DNA from: Carcharhinus longimanus
Taxonomy: Eukaryota
DNA length: 64,000 nt
Assembly (NCBI GenBank): GCA_030264375.1
Contig: JASCQW010000166.1
Location: 1,361,048-1,425,047, forward strand
Direction: 5' to 3'
The first letter of the stretch is position 1, and each line of letters opens with the position of its first letter. A program made the translations under genes and the position numbers. The notes under the pieces were generated by a model, which saw only the letters and a list, made by a program, of their open reading frames with translations, was not told the DNA's origin and did no database searches. Positions 13,310 to 25,409 of the stretch are shown here, in pieces.

Positions 13310-13800
13310 AGGGTTCTGAGGAAGGTGGAGGAACAGAGAGATCTTGAGGTTCATATCCACAGATCTCTGAAGTGGATAGAGCCGTGAAGAAGGCTTACAG
13401 TGTGTTAGCGTTTATTAACAGGGCGTTTGAGTTTAAGAGCCGTGGGGTTATTCTGCAACTGTACAGGGCCTTGGTGAGACCACGTTTGGAATATTGTGTG
13501 CAGTTCTGGTCACCTCACGATAAGAAGGACGCGGAAGCATTGGAGAGAGTGCAGAGGAGATTTACCAGGATGCTGCCTGGTTTGGAGGGTAGATCTTATG
13601 AGGAAAGGTTGAGGGAGNNNNNNNNNNNNNNNNNNNNNNNNNNNNNNNNNNNNNNNNNNNNNNNNNNNNNNNNNNNNNNNNNNNNNNNNNNNNNNNNNNN
13701 NNNNNNNNNNNNNNNNNCTTGGGTTTGGACATAGCTCAGCACAACATCGAGGGTCGAAGGGCCTGTACTGTGCTGTACTGTTCTATGTTCTAAGTTCTAA
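13310..13800 (+). mobile_element. CR1 LINE 3' fragment spanning a gap
   Basis: Encodes [47 protein letters not shown]; ends in a (ttcta)n-type tail. Confidence 0.92.
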
Positions 13801-14339
13801 GAATCATTGAGGTAAACACTTAAAAGTGCTGGATATACACAGTGGATTCATCAAAAAGCAACAGACTGACTCTGATTTTGAGTAATCGATTAATTTTTCA
13901 CTGTCAGATGCTGGCTAACCTACCAAGTATTTCCAGAATTTTCTGCCTTAATTTTAAATTACCTGTGCATCAGCAATGAGCCCAGCCCTTACTGGAGTTG
14001 AGCTCCACTATTCAAATAGAGAAACAAATGAACTATAAAAATGGCCTGTTTTCACTTTACAGAAATATCTCTACTGCAAAATACAATTATTTAGGTTTGT
14101 CTGTTCAACTGTTTGTCTAATTATTATGGAAGCACCAACTTCTGCTGACTTACAAATTCCCTGAGCACCTTGAGCCTGCCAATACCTCTTCCATTCTTCC
14201 TCCCTGAGTCTCAACAGCGATGAATACATTAGTCGATTATGAAGGGAGTCATGGTGAGATGTGATCCTGTGCTCACTTGTTGCTCAGGCACATGCACCAA
14301 CCAGCAGAGGTCACTGGAATGGGGACAGGATCAGTGCAG

Positions 14340-14720
14340 GATTATAGACTGATAGAGCACCGAGAATGAAAATGCAGTCCTTCACCAACAGGTGCCTCAG
14401 AAGGATTCTGAGGATACACTGGCCAAATAGCATCAATAATATTAGGTTATGCAAAGAGCTAAAACAAGACCCAGTGGTCCTCCAAATCAAAAGGCAAAAA
14501 TGGAATTGGATAGGCCATACTTTGAGGAAGCCACAGAACAACATTACATGGAAAGCTCTCACATGGAACCCATAGGAAAGAGAAAGTACAGTCGAGCAGC
14601 AAACACATTGAGGAGATGACAGCCGAGGTCTAAACAAGGCAACAACTGGAAAGTTGGCCCAAAACAGGATTAGAAGGAGAGAATTTGTCTGTGACCTGTT
14701 CTCCATCAAGGAATGAAAAT
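14340..14720 (+). mobile_element. RTE-clade LINE 3' fragment
   Basis: Encodes KMQSFTNRCLRRILRIHWP..I.N..L......P....IKRQKWNWIGHTLRKP...IT.KALTWNP, the typical RTE C-terminal motif; stop codons follow. Confidence 0.85.
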
Positions 14721-17700
14721 GCAAAGCAGAAGCTATTCAGCCCATTTTATCTGTGCTTACTTGTTGATCATGTTTTCCAATCAGTCCCATTGCCCTGCTC
14801 TTTCCCCAACTCTATGAATATTTTCCTTTCAAATCTTTGGCCGGGATCTTCCAGGCCCGCCTGCGGCAGGAATTGTCATGGGCCAAATGGAAAATTGACA
14901 GATTNNNNNNNNNNNNNNNNNNNNNNNNNNNNNNACCAGTTTTTTGGACAAAACTATTGAATCTGCTTCTTTCACCCAATCAGTACATTGTAGATCATAA
15001 CTCACAGTGTAAAACTACAAGGTGATATTTTCCAGCTGTTTATTCCAGCAGGATTTTCTGGTCCTGCTGCAGTGAACAGAGGTTTGGCTGAGTGTGAAAT
15101 TCTCCATCCTCACAGGCAGTGAGAGAGGGGCATGAAGGAGCTGCTAAGATTGCACCAAAACGCTTTCCTGTTTCCTGTGGTTATTGACACTTCTACTATT
15201 GAAAAGAGTTTCTCTAGTTACTCATTTAAAGTATAAGAGCTGCCATTGCATGTCTCAATCTCACTCAGGCTGTTTTTGTTCCCACATTTATATTTCTTTC
15301 GTGGGATTTTAGAGTCACGGCTAATGCCCATCCCTAATTACCCTTGAACTGGATGGCTTGCCACACCATTTCAGAGGGCAGTTAAGAGTCCGTTATATTA
15401 CAGTGGGTCTGGACGGGTCTGGAGTAAACCACGTAAGGATGGCAGATTTTTTTTTCTAAAAAACATGATAGTAAACAATGTGGGTTTTTACAGTAATTGT
15501 TTCATGGTCATTGCAACTAAGACCAGCTTTTCACTTCCAGATTAAAATTCCACCAGCTTCCAGGTAGGATTTGAACCTGTGTGCCCAACTCATTTGCCTG
15601 GGCCTCTGGATTATTAGTCCAGTGATGTTACTACTACACCACCATCTGTAACAATTTGAAGCAGCAATTCTGGCTAATCTTCCTACAATTTGGACTGGAA
15701 AGGTTAACTCTGTCTCTCTTCTTTGATGCTGCCAGACCTGCTGAGTTTCTCCAGCACTTTCTGTTTTTTATTTTAGATTTCCAGCATCTGTAGCATTTTG
15801 CTTTTATTCTCACGAATCCATTTATTTTCACTTATTCCTGATCCAGAATGCTGAGGCTCCATGACAATGCCCTGTGTGGTGCTCCCTTGTTGAAGGCAGC
15901 TGAGACTGTACAAAGTTGGGGTCTTATCTGGAAGGTGCTGTTCTGTGCCACAGCTGATTGTGCTTTTGCAGAGAAAGAGCCAAAGGGTTCTTTTACAAGA
16001 GTGTTTACACTCACGGATCATGTTACCAGAAGCTCAGGTAAAATTGCCATGGTGAGGTATTCAGATGAGTAGCTGGAAATGGTAAAGCAAAAGCATTTTT
16101 GTCTATTTTTTCTCTCCTGTTGAATCTTGTTTTCTCTCTTCTCTTTCTGTCTTAATTGCTTGGGATTTTTNNNNNNNNNNGTGAGTGTATGCAAGTGTGC
16201 CTGTACTTTATACAAATTACTTTTCACCATTGTTCTGAATGCTGAGATTGCGCAGCAACCGTAGTGAGGGAAGCCAGAGGTGAAGTTTGTAATCTGAGAT
16301 CCCCACAAAGTGAGGCAATGCTGCCAGACCCTGGTTTAACATAGGCCTGACTTTATAATCCGCCCACTCTCACTGTTGATCTTTTGGAGTCTTCCAGCCA
16401 GATAGGTTGCTGATTGCCAATGCACAAATAATTTTCAAGGCTTTAACAGATCTGAATTTAAAAACACGAACATTCAAACTTGCCCAAAATACTTTTGGGA
16501 AAAAAATTGTTGGCTTTGCAATGAAGAATGTTCCTAGATTTGCAAAATGAAGTGTACTTACAGTCATGTATCTCACTGACAGCAAGGTCAGAGCGAACCT
16601 TCTCTGGGATCTTTTACTGTGTAACTTGGAGGAGAGACTACATCAGCTCAGGGACAATACTTTGGTTTACTCCTGACTTTTTTTTAAACCTAAAGCATAA
16701 TTCCAACTCATATTTTGCTCTCAGGAAATAATGGATCACAGTAGGTCTTAGCTTGTGATTTCTAAGTATTGAACTCCCAATTTCAGTCAACCCAATGTAA
16801 TCAAATATTTTCCTGCAGGTGTTCTATGCAATTACATAACATTTACAACACAGAAACAGATAGGTTGTCCCATCTGGTCAACACTAGCATTTAATTGCCA
16901 GATAAGCCTCCTCCCACACCCCTTCACCTTGCGCTATCAGTATATCCTATGATTCCTTTCTTTCTCATGTACTTACAAAATGCATCTCTGCTATTCATCT
17001 TATCTGTTATAGTAGCAAGTTCTACAATCAAACCAGACCGCCTGGTTAAAGACATTTTTCCTGAATTCTCGATTGGATTTATTGATTATATTATATTTCG
17101 GGCCCTTAGTATTGTTCTTGAGGAGGTTTTGCAGCACAATGGGGAATATTCCAGCCTTTAAGCCAGAAGCTTGAACCCCACCACAGTTTGGTGTCAAAAG
17201 AGTGTGGGTTCATAACATGGCTAAACAGGTTGAGCATCAACCTGCAATTTCTTCAGAAATACGTATCAATGGCAGGTGTTAAGAATGGGACAGATTTCTC
17301 GTCAGCCGTATGATGGCAAGAGTTTTGTAGCCTCTACCATCGCTGTCCATAATTCTAGACTGGAACGTGCCCCTACAAGTGCATGTTGCCACAGCAGTGA
17401 AAGAATTGTGACACATCACTATCACCTGTCCTGTTCTCACCCAAAAATGGAAAAAGCTTCTCTATGTCTATCTTATAAAATCCTTTTAGAATTTTAAGGA
17501 CCTCTCTCACATTGCTCTCTCAACCTTCTCTTTTCTGAAAGAAAAACCAAGTCTGTTCAGTCTTTCCTGATACATACGAAAATAAAGGTCTGTAGACCCA
17601 TTAGTTTTGTTTTAAAGTGGTCCTTTCACTTGTTGTACAAAGGCAGGGATAGCAGGAATATACCCTCCTCTGTATCACAATCTAGTCAACATCCTATAGC

Positions 17701-20594
17701 CTGGCAAATTATGGACTGAAGAACAGGGTTACAGGGAGCAACAAGACTCCCAAAGGTCATAGGCAAAGGAAGGTAAAGCTGCACCAAACCCCCAAATCAT
17801 GCAAAACGGTTACCAGTTCAGCCTTACATACGCTACTTCTGAATTTAAATGGATTTTTGGAGCAGTTTGTTCCAACAACCCAAAATCTCAATGTTCCCGT
17901 ATTGATAGAATAAGTACAAGTTTAAAGAAAAGAATCCGCACAGATTTGCACGAATGAAAGTCAGTGATTGCTGCTACGTGAATGTGTATATTGGAAAGGA
18001 TGGCTCTGTGGTGTGACTGGAAGCAGAGACGGGGCACTTCCTCTTTCTCTTTTCTTTGGTTCTTTCTATTCTTTTGTTTATTTCATGTTTCTCGCTTTCC
18101 TTTTTTCTCAAAAATTGCTTACTGAAGGAATTTGATTCCTGCTGAAAAAAAATCAAGTGATGGACAATTAAACTGTGAATTATGAAATACTTGTAAAGTT
18201 TTGTTGAGGAACTTGCGACTGTTGTGACATAATCTTACTTTGACAGGGCCTATGAATATGCAATTTTGTCAAAATTCAGTCAGGGTCAGGGGAGGGTGGC
18301 CAGGTATGCAAAGTTGCAAAACTTTCCTTGCAAGAGGAGAGGCTTGGGTGGCTAGCATGTGTCAGGCTCCTCTGATGTGAGGCCAGAAGTCTTGGCAGTA
18401 ACTCCAACCCTAGGTGAGCAAGGCAAGCTGCAAGCAGCAACTTGAAATTGGACAGTGCCTTTCAACTGTTCCACCATAACTGAGTGGGAATTCTGAGAAC
18501 TCAGGAGCTTATGGTCAAAGGTTTTGAGGAGGCTTCAGAAGTGTGAAGAGATGTGTTGAAATGTTTGAGAGTGAAAGTGAGCAGCATTTGGTAGGTGAAC
18601 CATTGTTAACAAATGGTGAAGAGGAGGAGGGAGGAGCACACTGCAGAGCAGAGTTAGAACAGAGGTTATGAGCCCATACATAGGTAAGCTGGAAGGCTGT
18701 GGAGAGATTTGTAAGTCTGGATGGAGATTTTGAAATCAATATGTTTGAGGGGGAAAAAACAAGGCAAAGGATGTTTCATAAATAATGTAAAGGCATTCTT
18801 TAGTTATCTATCCTTTTGAGAATACAGGAATGTTGTCTTGCTTTGTACTATTTTCAAACTTGGTAATTCTCAGAATTTCAGAATCTTTACAAAATTCCTT
18901 TTGCAGATGTTAATGACAGAGAGGTTCAAAGGTCACTTAGTTGAAAGGTTACCAGCAATGTGCGAAGCTCATCAGAGAAAGCAGAAGAGATAAAGGAGCC
19001 AAGTCTTGGAAAAGGGGCAATTGTCAGTTGAACAAAGGGACTATGGTTACATGCCCCTCTAAATTTCAACTCCTCCCTCTCATACTTCACATCTGCTCAC
19101 ACCTTCTGATCTTTCTGGCTGGGCCTTTCTCCTCCCAAAATCCAGAATGCCAGAGCTTGGTCTGTAATTGAAGGTTGATTTTTGACCCAGATTTTCCACA
19201 CACACAGTAATTTTACACGTGACCTTTTTTTATTTATTTTGCGCATGCTGATTGAGTGTGTGAATTTTAGAAATTAAACAAATCATTTCCCCTCGATACC
19301 TTTTTTGAGTAACTGAATCACTGAGCCATACATACCAGTAAGATCCCAGGTCTCATCTCGGATATGTGGTAAATGAACTGAATGGAGAGGCTATTAGCCA
19401 GGGAGTGGAAACATCAGAGAGTTTCTTGGTCACAAAGACTTTTGGAGGGAAGCACAAGATAGTACCCTAGCACTCAGAAAAATTATGCTGAAAGCAGCAA
19501 TTCCTGATCCGGGGAATAGCTTAGGGAATCAGATTTGAATTTCCTGCCACTGCTTGCTGACCCCCACCACTGCTGCAGGGAATCATGTAGCTGGAATGTA
19601 TGAGACAGGGAAGGCTGAGAAGTCAGGAAGCAGTGGGGGAGAGTAAAATCAGAAGTATGGGAATGGTCAGGAGGTGGGCTAGGCAGGGAACTGAGAAAGG
19701 AATGGGAACGGGGGAGGGCTGGAGACTGGGGAATTGGGAAATTGTGTGGCAGATGGAGATTGAGGAATGGGGATCAGGAGGCGATAAGGGGCTCAGAGGA
19801 TGAAAGGAGGAATTCAGGACTACAAAAATTGAGAAATGCAACTCAGTAGTTGGGGAGTATAGATTGTGGAAGTAAGAGGATGGGTGAGAACCAGCATTTC
19901 CTCCATGGCCGGGAATAGTAGCAACGGCAGGGAGTATAACTGGGAGAGCAGCAGCTAGTAACAGGGTGCATGAAACTTTGGGACCTTACTGTGCAGAAAT
20001 AGAGAATAATTTTCACAATGTGTGAAGACAGAAAATTTGCACTGCAAGAACTCAGGAGAAAGGAGGGAGGAAGGTTCCTGAACTGTGGCTATTGGACTGG
20101 AAACTTCACCATATCTGGCTATTGAGGTGGAGACTAAAATAGAATTTAGAAAGGAAAAAGACAAATATTAGAAAAGGAGCAATATGAAAAGATCTGAAAG
20201 GAATGGGGTCAGAAGAGGTTGTGAATGCACTGGCAGTCAAATTGCCTCCATTATACTTTATTTTCTATCATTCTTTGGAAACCATTTTTTATTAATGATT
20301 TTGCGAACTCACTGGGGTCTTTGAAGAGACTTCCGGATGAGTACATGGGATTTAATGGGATTGAGCATTATAGATAGGCCTGGTAGGTAGGGATATGATT
20401 GGTGCAACTTGTTGGGCTGAAGGGCCTGTTTGTGCCGTAGTGTTCTATTAAGATTGATCCTGCAATAATTTAGAAATCTTGGCGCTGATCTGTGTTTAGA
20501 ATGACGTGTTTGGTGCGATCTATCTGTTCTGTCCAGTTTGGACTCCACTAGTTGATTTTACTGCATGAAGATCAAGTACAGATCACAGCAATCA

Positions 20595-20910
20595 TGGAAA
20601 TCATAGAAACCCTATTGTGCAGAAGGAGGCCATTTGGCCCATCAAGTCTGCACTGACAACAATCCCACCTATGCTCTATCCCGACTAATCCCTCTCATCT
20701 ACGCATCCTGGGGCACTAAGAGGCAATTTAGCATTGCACCTAACCCACACATTTGAATTGTGGGAAGAAACTGGAGCACCCAGGGGAAACCCACACAGAC
20801 ACGGGGAGAATGTGCAAACTCCACACAGACAGTGACCCAAGCCAGGAATCGAACCCAGGTCCGTGTCACTGTGAGGCAACAGCACTAACCACTGTGCCAC
20901 TGTGCTGCCC
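20595..20910 (-). mobile_element. tRNA-derived SINE (same family as 2389-2710)
   Basis: Reverse complement of gggcagcacagtggcacagtggttagtgctgttgcctcacag...gggttcgattcc...tgtgtggagtttgcacattctccccgtgtctg. Confidence 0.85.
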
Positions 20911-22214
20911 AGCTGTGAATCATCACTATCACACAGAAACAGACAGGGAGAGCGATTGGGTCTGTTAAAAGTGGTTTAGACTGTGGAGCATGACTGCAAA
21001 TTATACATTGTAGAGAGATTCTGTCTGGATCATAAGAAATTATAGGATTAATACGAGCTATGAATAGGGCATTATGTTATTACTTACTGCCAGTTACATG
21101 GAGACTATCAGCAAATTGTTTTGCTATTGTTACAAAGGGAATCTGTGTGTTACCAATGTTATTTATTCTTATCAATGCAATTTCAGTGTTGCTATTAATT
21201 ATTGGTGGAGTCAAAGTTTCTCCAACAATTTGTTTCCCCTGGGGGAATTGCACTTCACCCAATGTTTCTTTTCTTCTCCTCCCTCAGGTGCCTTCTCCTC
21301 TGCCTTCATTTTCTCCTTTCCCCAACTTCGCTTTCACCTGTTCCACACCCTTCATTGTCTCTCATCTACATACCTCTTCTTTGCCCTCAGCTTTCCTTCC
21401 TTACCCCCTCCTTCCATCATTACCCCTCCACCCTCCCTCCATTCCTCTCTTTCCAGATCTCAGATTCCTCTCTGTCCCTCTTCTCTGTGCTTAGGTCCCC
21501 CGCTTTCCACGCCTCCTCTTCCCTGCATTTGATAACCTCTGCATCACCTTTTCCCCACCCTTGATTTCCCTACTTTCCCTCAACCCTCCACTTTGCTGTC
21601 TTCTGTGCTCTCTAGCACCCCCTCACTCTCAGTTTCTCTGCTTCCTCACCCTTGCTTCTTCTCTTCTCTGCCTTCCATTTTTTTCTCTTGTATATCCATC
21701 TAAGAGGGCAGAAATGGCTTTAATTGGGTACCTTGTTCCAAGGAAGGTACCTTTGATAGTATAACACTCTGTCAGTACTGCACTGAAATATCAGCCAAGC
21801 TTTGATATTCAAATTCTGGACTGGGGTTTGAACTCATGTCCTTTGATTCAGTCGAGGGGAATATGTGGCCATAAGCTTCAGCTGATACTTGGAACTCAGC
21901 TTTCACTCATTTGTAGAACTTTACATAAGTCTGTTTCAAACTCCAGAGGCTCTAGTCTGGTAAGAGAAGAAAACCACAAGACAAATTTAAAGGAATGAAA
22001 AAGTTTGAAAAGGTGGATAGGGACAAAAGTTTATTAAGCTTCTGTACAGTATTAAAATTGATCTCTAGCCCACTAAGGTTATTTGCCATGGCCAAATGGG
22101 CAGGCCAAGATGAGGAGAAGGGAACTGCAGTTGCCAGCATGAGTCTGTAGACAAGAAATGATGAAGTAAACTGTTAGATTTCTGTTTGATGGTTGCTGAG
22201 GTTAATTATTGGAT

Positions 22215-23832
22215 CATAAGAAGCAGGAGCAGAGTAAGCCATTTGGCCAATCAAGCATGCTCCAGCATGCAATAAGAACATGGCTGATCTGACTGTGGGC
22301 CTAATTCTGCTTTCCTGCTTGTCCCCCATAACGTTTGGCTCTCTGTTGATCAAAAATCTGCTGCACTCAACACTGAAAATATTCATGACTCAGTGTCTAC
22401 TGCCCTCTGTGGAAGACCCATGAGAGAAGAAATTCCTCCTCATCCCTCTATTGAATAGGAGACTGCTTATTTTTAAACTGTACCCCTGGTTCTGGATTCT
22501 CTCACAAAAGGAAATATCATCTCACCATCAATCCGTCAAACCTCTCATGTTTCAATTGGATCACCTCTTGTTCTTCTAAACTTGAGTGATTTTAAGCCCA
22601 ACCTGCTCAACCTTTCCTCACAAAACAACACCTTCATCTCAGGAATAAGTATGGTGAACATTCTCTGAACTGCTTCCAATGCAAGAATATTCCTCCTTAA
22701 ATAGGTGGAACCAAAACAAAACTGTGCATTGTACTCCAGGTATGGTCTCATTGACATTTTGTACAATTATAGCAAGACTTCCTCACTTTTATGCTCCGTC
22801 TCTCTTGCCATGAAGGTCAAAATTTCTGTTGCCTTCCTAATTACTTGCTGTACCTGTAGGCTAACCTTTTGTGATTAATACACAAGGTCACCCAGATAGA
22901 TCCCTCTGTGCTACAAAATTGAGTAGTCTCTCTTGTGGGATTTTCCACACTACCCACAGCAGCAGAGGTGACCCACCATTGGCCAGCAGCAAGATCTTCT
23001 GGTCCCACCATTGTCAATGGGGTTTCCCATTGAATGAGCCCTTGCACCCAAGAAATCAAAGGCAGGGGCACACTGTGAACAGTCAGCAAATTCCAGCCAA
23101 TGAAAGTAATATTCTATTTTCGTATTCTTCTTGCCAAAGCTTTTCACATTATACTCCATCTACCATTTTTTTGTCCACTCACTTAACTTTCTACGTCCCT
23201 TTATATCATCAGCAAATTTGGCAACAATACAGTTAGTCCCTTGATCCAAGTCATAAACATAGATTGTAAATAATTGCAGACCCAGCACTGATCCCTGCAC
23301 TCATTATCGTTTCCCAGTCTGAAAATGATTGATTTACACCAACACTCTTTTTCCCATTTGTTAGGCAATTCTCTCTCCATATTAATATATCGTTCCCTTC
23401 ATCATGAGTTCTTATCTTGTACAGCAACCTTTTATTTGGCACCCAAATAAATCTCTTTTGGAAATCCAAATGCCCTACATCTACTGGTTTCCCTTTATCC
23501 ACCCTTCTTGTTGCATCCTCAAAGAACTCTAATAAATTTGTCAAACACAATTTTCATTTCACAAAAGCATTTTGGCTTTGCCTGATTGTATTGTGATTGT
23601 CTAACTGTCCTTCTGTTACCTCCTTAAGAATGATGCTAATATTTTCCCAACGACAGATGTTGGACCAGATGGCCTATAGTTTTGTGCTTTCTGTCTTCCT
23701 CCTTTCCTGAATAGTGATGTTACATTTATGGTTTTCTATTCCACTGGGACCTTTCCAAAACCTCAAATTTTGGAACGTTACAATCAATGCATCCACTATC
23801 TCTGCAGCCACTTCCTTTAAGATCCAAGGGTG
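22215..23832 (-). mobile_element. Degenerate CR1 LINE (RT domain to 3' tail) with an internal insertion at ~22930-23090
   Basis: ORF remnants include LHPWILKEVAAEIVDAL, CLTNLLEFFE..T..VDKG.PVD...LDFQK and RPYLEY..QF...LEAVQRMFT. Confidence 0.88.
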
Positions 23833-25172
23833 TAGGCCGATGTCAGCCTTTACTCTCATCAGTTCTCTTCCGACATGGCACTGCATGTGACACTTGTATA
23901 TTTGTACCTTTTGTTTGATTGCACCTCTGTGACATTTCTAGATCCAAATGCATTTCATAAACTTGTCTTTTTGGTTTTGTTGCCCTCTGTGTTGCTCCCC
24001 AGCACCATTCCCTGCCTGGAAGAAGATGCAGCCAGGTTTCAGGCCTTGGCTGGCTATTTCTGACCCTGCATATGGCTAAGCTGTATCCAGCCTGAGCTAT
24101 AAGTCTGTAGATGGCACAGCAGCTGTCCTTCTGCTGAACCACAGTCCTGAAAAGCAAGGTCCTGCGATCTTTCCCAGATAGGTCCACAAAAACAGCAGGT
24201 GACATCTTGGAAGGTGTGGTCCAACAGTTAACATTGGTTATCCATCACCTTTCAGGTGCCAGGTAAGGGATGGCATGATTCTAATTGAGATGCTTCTGAA
24301 ATTCTTCCAGCAACATATTTCGTAGTAGTGCCACACCACACAGGCATCTGCCTGTAAAGCCCTTTGAACCCATCTACCAAGCTGAAGAAGCGTGCAGGTG
24401 CTCACAAGACTGTGGAAAGTCTCTCAGGCAGCTTGATCAATCTGTCGCCACACTGCAGTTCTACCTCTTTCAACACATCAGCTTGGAAGAACCCCGATCC
24501 CAAATTCCCTGGTGTAAATAAAAGTAACTTTGAAACAATGGAAATAAATGAAGGTCAAAATGTCATCAGTAAATAACAAACAAAGAATGATCTCTTCAAT
24601 AGGCCAAAACACTCACCTGGAAAATCTGCATATGTCTTTGGGTACCTTCTGCCTTCAGCCTGCTTGGGGCCTCCCATCCTATTAGGTTTTCATTGGTTTG
24701 ATGAAGACACAAGGCGGAATTTTACGAGATTTTTTTCTAAGTGTCGGATGGACATGAAACTGGGAGAGTTTCAGATCCATTTTTGGGTGCATTTTCAGGT
24801 CCAATGTTATGCAGTCTGTCTGTAAAGTTTTGGACTGGCCTGTTTCTGGCCAGAGAAGCTGTGAGTGGAGCTTAAAATGCTTGACAGCCTGTAGAGAGAG
24901 GTAGTGCACATGTGTGCAGACCTCTGATGCTGCACGTGTCCATTAACATAGCAGGGGTCTGATAGACAGAGAGAGAGCTATCAGGCCCCTTCTACTGCAG
25001 CTCACCACTCCAGCAAACAGGGGGGCCCTGCCCCCCAACAGGCCCCCCCCCCAATGATCCCATCCTCCATTGACACACCCTGGCCCTGGCACTGCCTAGT
25101 GGGCATTGCCCAGGTGCCCAGTTGCCAGGCTGGCATTGCAAAGGTGCACAGGGGCACTGCCAATCTGGCACT

Positions 25173-25409
25173 GATGTGGGTATGCCGGCGTTGGACTGGC
25201 GTAAACACAGTAAAAAGTCTGACAACACCAGGTTTTAGTCCNNNNNNNNNNNNNNNNNNNNNNNNNNNNNNNNNNNNNNNNNNNNNNNNNNNNNNNNNNN
25301 NNNNNNNNNNNNNNNNNNNNNNNNNNNNNNNNNNNNNNNNNAAAGCTAGTGAGTATATTATCAAATAAATAGGTTGGACTAAAACCTGGTGTTGTCAGAC
25401 TTTTTACTG
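25173..25409. mobile_element. Penelope-type inverted-repeat element with target-site duplication
   Basis: Inverted arms agtaaaaagtctgacaacaccaggttttagtcc and ggactaaaacctggtgttgtcagactttttact surround a gap. Flanked by the direct repeat aatctggcact (25162-25172, 25410-25420). The same family starts at 61763. Confidence 0.75.

Noticed and set aside
17974-18156. Lys/Arg/Glu-rich minus-strand ORF preceded by an acceptor-like sequence
   Set aside because: Explained by a T/C-rich low-complexity stretch; no homology recognised.
21088-21238. 151-nt minus-strand exon candidate (cag|G...GCA|GTAAGT)
   Set aside because: The acceptor lacks a real polypyrimidine tract (purine-rich upstream); better treated as an enhancer-like block.
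21060-21564. Three overlapping 120-152 aa Pro/Ser/Leu-rich ORFs
   Set aside because: They run through a pyrimidine tract and are open in all frames, a compositional artefact.
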